Of a DNA stretch of 12,846 nucleotides, positions 1 to 6,618 are shown piece after piece. The DNA is taken from the NCBI GenBank assembly GCA_964388035.1, contig CAYLZE010000043.1:25038-37883 (forward strand), read 5' to 3'. Numbering within the stretch: the first letter of the stretch is position 1; every line of letters starts with the position of its first letter. Below the pieces are notes generated by a model. The model was not told the DNA's origin and did not search any database. It saw only the letters and a program-made list of their open reading frames with translations. Source of the stretch: an uncultured archaeon. GTDB lineage: Archaea > Asgardarchaeota > Lokiarchaeia > Sigyniarchaeales > SOKP01. The translations under genes and the position numbers were made by a program.

Positions 1-278
1 TATACCATAATTCCAGCAGAGTTCGGCTGATTAAAAATGATTCCTACTTTAGCCAACCGTTTTACGTGTTCCAGAATTTCATCTTCTGACATCTTCGAAG
101 TTTTTTTTAACTCTTCCATCGTCTGGGTGTTTTTTCTTTTAAATGCCATGATGAATTCCAAGTCCCTTTCATCAATAGCTAACTGTAAAATTTCTAGTAA
201 AATCTCGTTGATGGGAAAAGGAAACTGCCCCGCGTTTATGATAATTCTGGCAACTTTTTTATATTTTTCTATGGACAT
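1..278 (-). CDS. 5' part of a gene running off the left edge; N-terminal helix-turn-helix-like region, probably of a 4Fe-4S dicluster (ferredoxin-like) protein
   Basis: Not in the ORF track. ATG at 278 on the minus strand, open to the edge: MSIEKYKKVARIIINAGQFPFPINEILLEILQLAIDERDLEFIMAFKRKNTQTMEELKKTSKMSEDEILEHVKRLAKVGIIFNQPNSAGIMV. The segment TMEELKKTSKMSEDEILEHVKRLAKVGII is wHTH-like. The Fe-S assignment is recalled family resemblance; the Cys motifs would lie outside the window. Confidence 0.7.
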   Translation of the reverse strand, partial: MSIEKYKKVARIIINAGQFPFPINEILLEILQLAIDERDLEFIMAFKRKNTQTMEELKKTSKMSEDEILEHVKRLAKVGIIFNQPNSAGIMV

Positions 279-352
279 TTCTCATTCTATTATATTTTTT
301 TGTTTTTTAATTAGAATATTTTGAATTAGAAAAAAGTTACACTTTACAAAAA

Positions 353-452
353 TGAGGATATTGATTTTATTGTAGCAAGAAATGATGCATGATTAATTTG
401 AAATTTCATTATAAACATCATTTTCTTTTCTGCTCCAAATTTGTATTCCTCA
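353..452. repeat. ~100-nt imperfect inverted repeat (hairpin) between divergent genes
   Basis: Nested arms: TGAGGA(353-358)/TCCTCA(447-452), AGC(374-376)/GCT(432-434), AAG(377-379)/CTT(425-427), AAATGATG(380-387)/CATCATTT(416-423). A perfect palindrome TGAAATTTCA (399-408) lies near the centre. Confidence 0.55.
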
Positions 453-550
453 CTTCTTCATTGGTTCTGGATTTGTTAGCAAGAGGTTAAAATGAAGGAG
501 GGGTTCACACATTCGGCATGTTTTTATTATTCATGACACTACACATTCTT

Positions 551-1066
551 ATGCCACAAGAAAAAATAAAACCAACTATAGTATTACGTGAAATGCGCGA
601 GTCTGTCTCAAAAATTCTTGACAGGCCTTATACAGAACGTATAGACCACCAAATTTTTAAACCAGATCAAAAAATTTTAACTTTATGGGCTTTAGATTGT
701 GCTGAACACGTTCTTCCATTTTTTGAAGAAAAATTTCCCAAAGATATCAGACCTCGAAAAGCTATAGAAATTCTCCTTCAATGGATAAATACAGGGGTTT
801 TTAAGATGTCTGTCATACGGAAAGCATCACTCGATGCTCACGCCGCTGCTCATGAAGCCAATAACATCGGGGAAAATGCGGCATATCACTCGGCTCATGC
901 TGCAGGTCAAGCGGTAGCAACAGCTCATGTCGTCACACATGCTTTTGGGTGCTCTGTTTATGGTATCAGAGCCGCCGCTGCACATTCAGGCAAAATAGAG
1001 GATGGCATTATAAAAGAACGAGATTGGCAATTAAAACGCTTACAATATTATAAAGCCAAGAATTAA
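551..1066 (+). CDS. Imm5-like putative immunity-family protein
   Basis: Family-typical motifs LWALDCAEHVLPFFE, DIRPRKAIE, W..G, AHAAAHEA, AHAAGQAVATAHV..HA...Y. The start is uncertain (ATG 518, 551 or 593); 551 is preferred because the 518 extension looks non-coding. Confidence 0.75.
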   Translation: MPQEKIKPTIVLREMRESVSKILDRPYTERIDHQIFKPDQKILTLWALDCAEHVLPFFEEKFPKDIRPRKAIEILLQWINTGVFKMSVIRKASLDAHAAAHEANNIGENAAYHSAHAAGQAVATAHVVTHAFGCSVYGIRAAAAHSGKIEDGIIKERDWQLKRLQYYKAKN

Positions 1067-1175
1067 CACTGTTGTTCAATTAACACTTTAAAAGGATCAT
1101 TAGTTTCTAATTTTTAATTAATTCATAAAAAAAATATTATAAAAAACAAAAAAATTTTACTTTATTTTGAGCTAA

Positions 1176-2768
1176 TCACCAAGGACGAGTTAAAACTTTA
1201 CCGGCTAATACTCCGGTGAATTTATTTTCTTCAACGATAATTTTTCCATTAATCAATACATATTTGATTCCCTCAGGATATTGATGAGGGTTTTTATACG
1301 TTGCTTTATCTATCACTCGATCTTTATTAAATATGACTAAATCTGCCCACATTCCTTCTTTTACTAAACCCCTATCTGGTAAACCGAGGCTTTGAGCAGG
1401 AAAGGATGTCATCTTTCGGATTGCTTCTTCCAATGAAATTACTTTTTCATTTCGAACATATTTTCCCAAAATCCTTGGATACGTTCCATAATAGCGAGGA
1501 TGGGGCACTCCTTTACCATATTTCACTCCTGCGGCATCTGTTCCCACCATCATGTATTTATTTTGCATTATTCTTTTAACATCTTCTTCACACCCGTATT
1601 CAGAAATGCGTCCGATACTCTTTTCCGATTCCAATAATAAAGTCACGAGTAAATCAAATGGATCATCATATCCCTTGATTTTGCTAATTTCGGCTAAATC
1701 CAAACCCTCGATATCCTTCCATTTTTCTAAACTGATTTCAGCAACGAAATTCTTATTCCATTTAGTGTCTTCAATTTCTTTCCTTATTTTTTCTCGGAGT
1801 ATTGGATCCCTCAAACGTTCTTGAATCTTTTCGCGACCTCCCTCTTGAGCCCATCTTGGTAATATATTAATTAATGAATTCATCCCTCTGATGTAAGGAT
1901 ATTGGTCCACTCTTATGTTTATTCCTCTCTCGTTCATTTCTTCAATTAATTTTAAGGTTTCCCGACTCATTCCCCAGTTCTTTTCATCCCCAATTTTATG
2001 ATGAGCAATTTGACCTCCTAATACACCAGATTTCTCCACGATCTCAATAAATTCCTTCAATGCTTCCATTTGGTTATCTGATTCATCTCTAATATGCGAA
2101 AAATAAAAACCCTTATACTTTCCGGATATTTTTGCAAGCTCAATTATCTCATCCGTCTTAGCATACATTTGAGGTGAATAAATCAATCCTGTTGAAAATC
2201 CGAAAGCACCTGATTGCATAGCTTCTTCTACTAACGATTTCATGCTTTCTAATTCCTCACTTGTCGGAGCTCTATTTTCCATTTTAAGATAGGAAGCTCT
2301 GACGGTTGTAAAACCCACTAATGGGACGAAATTCAACCCCGTTTTAAATCTTTTTACAAATTTTAAATATTCTTTGAAGGAATACCAGGGTAACTCTGTT
2401 ATTTTAACATCTCCCAGCTCTGACGCAATTAATTGCATGAAAAAGTCCTTTTGCTGTGGATCAATGGGAGCTAAGGAAGAACCACAATTTCCTCCCACAA
2501 AGGTCGTGATTCCTTGGCGAATCAAATTTTCATACTTATTATCCATTAGCAAGGTTGAATCTGCATGAGAATGTGTGTCAATGAATCCCGGACAAATGAT
2601 TAAATTAGAAGCATCTATAATTTTCGGTTGTCCTTCAACAGTTTTTTCATCTATAGGACACACCCTAATAATATAGCCATCTTTTATTCCAACATCTCCA
2701 TGAAACCAAGGATTTCCCGTACCATCTACAATTTTACCATTTTTAATTATTATATCAAATTCATTCAT
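1176..2768 (-). CDS. N-acyl-D-amino-acid deacylase (D-aminoacylase family amidohydrolase)
   Basis: GFIDTHSH (H66/H68), GGNCG (bridging Cys95), SHIRDE, AHHK, GTDA and PHPRYYGTYPRILG. The full metal-ligand set of D-aminoacylases is present. Confidence 0.9.
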   Translation of the reverse strand: MNEFDIIIKNGKIVDGTGNPWFHGDVGIKDGYIIRVCPIDEKTVEGQPKIIDASNLIICPGFIDTHSHADSTLLMDNKYENLIRQGITTFVGGNCGSSLAPIDPQQKDFFMQLIASELGDVKITELPWYSFKEYLKFVKRFKTGLNFVPLVGFTTVRASYLKMENRAPTSEELESMKSLVEEAMQSGAFGFSTGLIYSPQMYAKTDEIIELAKISGKYKGFYFSHIRDESDNQMEALKEFIEIVEKSGVLGGQIAHHKIGDEKNWGMSRETLKLIEEMNERGINIRVDQYPYIRGMNSLINILPRWAQEGGREKIQERLRDPILREKIRKEIEDTKWNKNFVAEISLEKWKDIEGLDLAEISKIKGYDDPFDLLVTLLLESEKSIGRISEYGCEEDVKRIMQNKYMMVGTDAAGVKYGKGVPHPRYYGTYPRILGKYVRNEKVISLEEAIRKMTSFPAQSLGLPDRGLVKEGMWADLVIFNKDRVIDKATYKNPHQYPEGIKYVLINGKIIVEENKFTGVLAGKVLTRPW

Positions 2769-2939
2769 GATAATCTACTTGAAAAAAAATATTGCATGGA
2801 TTAATTATTTTAATAAAAGTCTGTAATAAGATAAAAATGGAATAAAATTTATCTATTTCTAATAATGACTTAAACATTGATCTCCACTAACTTATTTGAA
2901 TATTTTGCTATTAACTTTTCTTTAGTTGTCCAGATTTTA

Positions 2940-2982
2940 TAAAGCAATCAATCTTTGCTTTTGTAAAGCAATAAACTTATAT
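2940..2982. promoter_or_regulatory. Three AAAGCAA/TTGCTTT half-sites next to a BRE/TATA-like AAACTTATAT; candidate operator in the divergent intergenic region
   Basis: AAAGCAA 2941-2947, TTGCTTT 2955-2961, AAAGCAA 2965-2971. TAAAGCAAT is repeated at a 24-nt period, followed directly by AAACTTATAT (2973-2982). Confidence 0.4.
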
Positions 2983-3094
2983 CCAGAATAAAAGAATCTA
3001 GGAAGGATTAATTTGCGACGTAGAATTTGAAATTAAATTTAGGATAAATTTCCTAGCTTCCATGTCAATGTAGAGGAGAATTATAATAAGTCAT

Positions 3095-3110
3095 GATAGA
3101 TTAAATATAA
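3095..3110 (+). promoter_or_regulatory. Candidate archaeal BRE/TATA promoter for the corrinoid operon
   Basis: GATAGATTAAATA ends ~24 nt before ATG 3131 and is 12/13 identical to GATAGATTATATA at 6546-6558. Confidence 0.4.
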
Positions 3111-3130
3111 TTTAAAAAGAAGTGATCAAA

Positions 3131-3289
3131 ATGGAAGAATTTGAAAAAAAACCGGATTATGTAAATAAAGAGCAGATGTATGAGGCGATTGGAAAGGTGC
3201 TCTGGGGTAAGAATGGAAAACCCTTTTCCATGCGACGGTTGATTTTCGGTTTCATGAAAAAGAAAATTACCGGAGGTAAGAGGAAATAA
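3131..3289 (+). CDS. Unannotated 52-aa protein, first gene of the corrinoid/methyltransferase operon
   Basis: MEEFEKKPDYVNKEQMYEAIGKVLWGKNGKPFSMRRLIFGFMKKKITGGKRK*. It is preceded by GTGATCAAA (SD-like). Its TAA (3287-3289) overlaps the ATG of the next gene (TAATG). Composition is purine-rich and coding-like, unlike the AT-rich upstream spacer. Confidence 0.75.
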   Translation: MEEFEKKPDYVNKEQMYEAIGKVLWGKNGKPFSMRRLIFGFMKKKITGGKRK

Positions 3290-3933
3290 TGGGTGCGAAA
3301 GAGGATTTACTTAATGCAATCGTGGAGCTGGATGAAGATAAGGCATATAAGCTTGTAAAGCAACTTTTAGACGAAGGAACCGATCCGAAAGAGATCATCG
3401 AGATTCTGCGAAAGGGCGTGGAAAATATCGGACAGAAATTTAGCCGAAAAGAATATTTCCTTACGGAGCTGGTTATGGCTGGGGAGATCTTTCAGCAATC
3501 TGCCAAGATTCTTGAACCAGCATTAAAATCTCGCCAAGAGAAGGAAAAGGCCAAGGGGATCATCGTAATGGGTACGGTAAAAGGCGATGTACATGATATT
3601 GGAAAGAATATCTTCGCGACACTTCTTAAATCCGCTGGGTATGAAGTTCATGATTTAGGGGTTGACGTTCCTGCCGAAAAGTACATTGAAAAAGTTAAAG
3701 AGACGAATGCTAATATAGTTGCTTATTCCGGCTTACTCACGCTTGCCTTGGACTCGATGAAAGAGACTACTGAAGCTTTAAAAAAGGAAGGACTTCGAGA
3801 TAAAGTAAAAATTATTCTTGGTGGTTTTCCGGTGGACGAGTTATGGATGAAAGAGGCGGGAGCCGATGCATATACTGATAACGCTTTTGAAGGGGTAAAT
3901 ATAATTAATAAATGGATGGAGGAAGGAACCTAA
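3289..3933 (+). CDS. Cobalamin-binding corrinoid protein of methyltransferase systems (MtaC/MtbC/MttC/MtoC-like)
   Basis: N-terminal helical cap domain (GVENIGQKF...EYFLTELVMAGE) plus the B12 motif DVHDIG (His102), SGLL and ILGG. GGAGGT SD upstream. Confidence 0.93.
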   Translation: MGAKEDLLNAIVELDEDKAYKLVKQLLDEGTDPKEIIEILRKGVENIGQKFSRKEYFLTELVMAGEIFQQSAKILEPALKSRQEKEKAKGIIVMGTVKGDVHDIGKNIFATLLKSAGYEVHDLGVDVPAEKYIEKVKETNANIVAYSGLLTLALDSMKETTEALKKEGLRDKVKIILGGFPVDELWMKEAGADAYTDNAFEGVNIINKWMEEGT

Positions 3934-3934
3934 A

Positions 3935-5086
3935 ATGAGTCCTATTAAAGAGGAAGCCATGTCTTCCGTGGAACGATTTATGACTGCACTTGAATTAAAA
4001 GAGCCAGACAGGGTTCCTGTTTGGCCACTTATCGATTTTTTACCCGTAAATCATTATGATATTACCGCTCAAGAGATGGTGGAAAATCCCGATAAAGCAC
4101 AAGCGGCCATGGAATGGATTTATAATGAATTAGGGGGCTTTGACATAGCAATGGCGGGAGGGGGAATGTACATGCAATATTTCAATCCATTTCCAGACTT
4201 CTTTTCGATTTATTATCTTGATTGGCGTTTGCCTGGGCGAATGCTTCCTGTAAATACCTCTCCTCAGTTATTTGAAAAAGCCTTGGATGATCCTTTTCTC
4301 AAAGCAGAAGAATACGATAAAATAATCAACGAGGGCTTGTTCTGGCTAGCTAACTTTAAAAGAGCTGGAATGGGAGATATGCAGAAAATAGCTAAAATTG
4401 CTCCTAAAATAGCAGAAAATACGGTAAAATGGTGGACGGAATTTAAAGTGCCTACATTTAATGATGGAGCGGCTAGTCTACCATTTGATATACTCTCTAC
4501 TTTTCGAGGTTCTACCAATTTTATGAAGGATATATACCGCTACAAGGAGAAAATTATAGAAGTGAGCGATTTTCTAATAGATAACCTGATTCTAATGGGA
4601 GAATATGGTCCCTCTCAATTTGGAGGTAAAACAATTCTTGTAGGTGCCGTGCGAGCAAGTTCAGATTTCATTTCTATAAAGCATTTCGAAGAATTATTCT
4701 GGCCTTACTTTAAGAAGATGGTTAGCACTTATGTGAAAAAAGGATACATTGTTCAGCTTCATATGGATACAGATTGGACTGATCGGTTGCATTATTTCAA
4801 GGAGTTGCCCAAAGGAAAGATTTACTTACATATGGATGAACGCACAGATATTTTCAAGGCAAAAGAAATCCTTGGAGGGCACATGTGTATTGAAGGGAAC
4901 TTGAAACCTTCTTTATTCAAATTAGGAACTCCAAAACAAATAGGAGATGCGACTAAAAAGATCATTGATGGATGTGCAGAAGGAGGCGGATTAATGGTTG
5001 GCTCTGAAATTCCCGATGAGGCGAAGTTAGAAAATGTAAAAGCGATGATTGATACATGCAAGACCTATGGGCAATATCGAAAATAA
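3935..5086 (+). CDS. Uroporphyrinogen decarboxylase (URO-D)-fold protein, likely corrinoid-dependent methyltransferase
   Basis: ERF..AL..KEPDRVPV N-terminus, PFD.LS.FRG, FISIKHFEELFWP, GNL.P..F..GTP and AKLENVKAMID. It starts 1 nt after the corrinoid gene, with a GGAGG SD. Confidence 0.85.
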   Translation: MSPIKEEAMSSVERFMTALELKEPDRVPVWPLIDFLPVNHYDITAQEMVENPDKAQAAMEWIYNELGGFDIAMAGGGMYMQYFNPFPDFFSIYYLDWRLPGRMLPVNTSPQLFEKALDDPFLKAEEYDKIINEGLFWLANFKRAGMGDMQKIAKIAPKIAENTVKWWTEFKVPTFNDGAASLPFDILSTFRGSTNFMKDIYRYKEKIIEVSDFLIDNLILMGEYGPSQFGGKTILVGAVRASSDFISIKHFEELFWPYFKKMVSTYVKKGYIVQLHMDTDWTDRLHYFKELPKGKIYLHMDERTDIFKAKEILGGHMCIEGNLKPSLFKLGTPKQIGDATKKIIDGCAEGGGLMVGSEIPDEAKLENVKAMIDTCKTYGQYRK

Positions 5087-5100
5087 AAACAAATTATATA

Positions 5101-5123
5101 CTTTTATCTACTTTTTATTTTTT
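5101..5123 (+). terminator. Oligo-T tracts after the methyltransferase gene; candidate archaeal terminator
   Basis: CTTTTATCTACTTTTTATTTTTT starts ~15 nt after the stop, ahead of a convergent ORF. Confidence 0.3.
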
Positions 5124-5188
5124 AAAATTTATTTTAAAATATCAATAAATTTAAGAAATTTGCTATTTGTTATTCTTTTTGCGGATAA

Positions 5189-5350
5189 TTAATTTCTTAA
5201 TAGAATTCCGTCCATTTTAACAATTTCATCGAGTTTTATTATTACATTTTCCAGATATTCAGTTCTTGCTAATTGTTCCTTTATTTGGGCACCTTTTTCG
5301 TTAATTAATTTCTTGCATTTGGTTAATTGGTCTTTTAATTGCTTTTCCAT
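5189..5350 (-). CDS. Unannotated 53-aa coiled-coil-like protein
   Basis: MEKQLKDQLTKCKKLINEKGAQIKEQLARTEYLENVIIKLDEIVKMDGILLRN*. ATG at 5350, TAA at 5189-5191. K/E/Q/L-rich, Pro-free and helical, with coding-like composition in an otherwise AT-rich gap. Confidence 0.55.
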   Translation of the reverse strand: MEKQLKDQLTKCKKLINEKGAQIKEQLARTEYLENVIIKLDEIVKMDGILLRN

Positions 5351-5611
5351 ATATAAGATCCTATAATTACCATTGTTCTTGATAAGATATTTTTTAGATT
5401 TCTTAAAAAATTATAAGATGGAATATATATAGTAATAAAGTAAATATGTAGAATATCCAAAAGACAGATTAGTTGGTTCTCTAAAATATAAATTCAAAAA
5501 AGGAAATTGACAAGAGAATTATGCACCTTAATGTATTGAACTTGAGTGGAATTAAATTTATATCATATTCATAGATTATTAATACAAAAATTAAATGATT
5601 TAAATTCTCGA

Positions 5612-6112
5612 CTAAATCTTTTCATTTATCGATTTTTTAAGAATAATCTCATCTCTTATTGGAATTCCGTTCATTCCTTCCATTGGAATTTCTGGTTTCA
5701 ATTGTCATGCTTTCTCCATTGCATTAATATTAATTCGGTTTATTTTAAATCCTTTTTTTTGATAAAATTGTAAAGCTGTTGTATTGTCATTGGTAGTAGC
5801 CACTCTCATGGTTTCATATTCTAATGATTTAATGACTTTTTCTAGCTTTTTAAGAAGTAAGGTTCCTATCCCAATCTTTTCAATCAAGCTATTTAATGCC
5901 ATTATTTCACATTCCTTATTTTCTATCCTATAAATTAAAAATCCCACTATCTTACTACCTTTAAGTGCAATGAGCCCCGGTAATTTATCAAGATAATGAA
6001 TCTTGCCACAACTTATTATCTTTTCAGAACCCCATGAGTTTTTAATTATAGGTTTGATTTGTTCATAATGGGTTCTATCCAGTTTGATAATTTGAATCGC
6101 CGTTTCATTCAT
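5612..6112 (-). pseudogene. GNAT-family N-acetyltransferase interrupted by an in-frame TGA (5705-5707)
   Basis: GNAT motifs GIGTLLL and TTNDNTTALQFYQKKGF. After MEKA-TGA the same frame continues QLKPEIPMEGMNGIPIRDEIILKKSINEKI-TAG (5612), the typical C-terminus of this GNAT subfamily. ATG at 6112 (the track used TTG 6115). Confidence 0.75.
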
Positions 6113-6472
6113 CAATACTGAAAATATGAAGGAATTAAAAAATCCCTATTAGTTGTATCAAGGTATTGTAATTTTATACTCAGATATTTTTATCAATTTA
6201 TTTCCTTGACATTTAAGTTAAATTATTGAGATGACAAATAAATCTATTTTAAAATAATTTAAAACTCAATTTTCATACTTATCATAATGCTATGAAATGT
6301 ACAATGGGATATAACGAGGAATATTTTGAGGACACATGTAATTGATTCGATATTAAGAAAATAGAATATATTTCTATCAATCAAATCGATACTTTACAAT
6401 TTAGTAACCCAATCCTTGGTAGAATTATTATTTCCGAATTCATTATAAAAGATATTGATTTATAATAAATTA

Positions 6473-6560
6473 ACAATGATTGAAGTATAAAATGAGATCA
6501 TTGTACGAAATATCTTAAAAAAATTCATTTTTTTGTCCAAAGCAGGATAGATTATATAAA
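6473..6560 (+). promoter_or_regulatory. 8-bp inverted repeat and BRE/TATA candidate upstream of the 446-aa ORF
   Basis: ACAATGAT(6473-6480)-N16-ATCATTGT(6497-6504), then GATAGATTATATAAA at 6546-6560. Confidence 0.4.
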
Positions 6561-6618
6561 TAATTAGTATATATAATAAAAAAAGTAAGATAAATTAGTT
6601 TTTATAGGTTTATTGAAA

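Noticed and set aside
37-324. 95-aa plus-strand ORF
   Set aside because: Antisense shadow of the minus-strand gene starting at 278; Ser/Phe/Ile-rich composition typical of shadows.
492-536. 14-codon ORF (MKEGFTHSACFYYS) upstream of the Imm5-like gene
   Set aside because: Too short, with no features to separate it from chance.
1552-2568. Plus-strand ORFs 1552..1824 and 2374..2568
   Set aside because: Antisense to the D-aminoacylase; no motifs.
2769-3130. Cobalamin riboswitch upstream of the corrinoid gene
   Set aside because: No GGGAA/GCCACTG/B12-box elements; the region is too AT-rich.
4264-5061. Minus-strand ORFs 4264..4518 and 4822..5061
   Set aside because: Antisense shadows of the URO-D-fold gene.
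3935-5086. Calling the gene hemE or mtaA/mtbA
   Set aside because: Lacks the HemE RQAGR motif and the MtaA HxC...C ligands.
5546-5773. 75-aa plus-strand ORF
   Set aside because: GTG start, low-complexity composition, and overlaps the real GNAT C-terminus on the opposite strand.
6299-6506. GTACAATG/CATTGTAC 8-bp inverted pair ~200 nt apart as MITE ends
   Set aside because: The match does not extend, there is no target-site duplication, and the right arm is better explained by the local 6473-6504 repeat.
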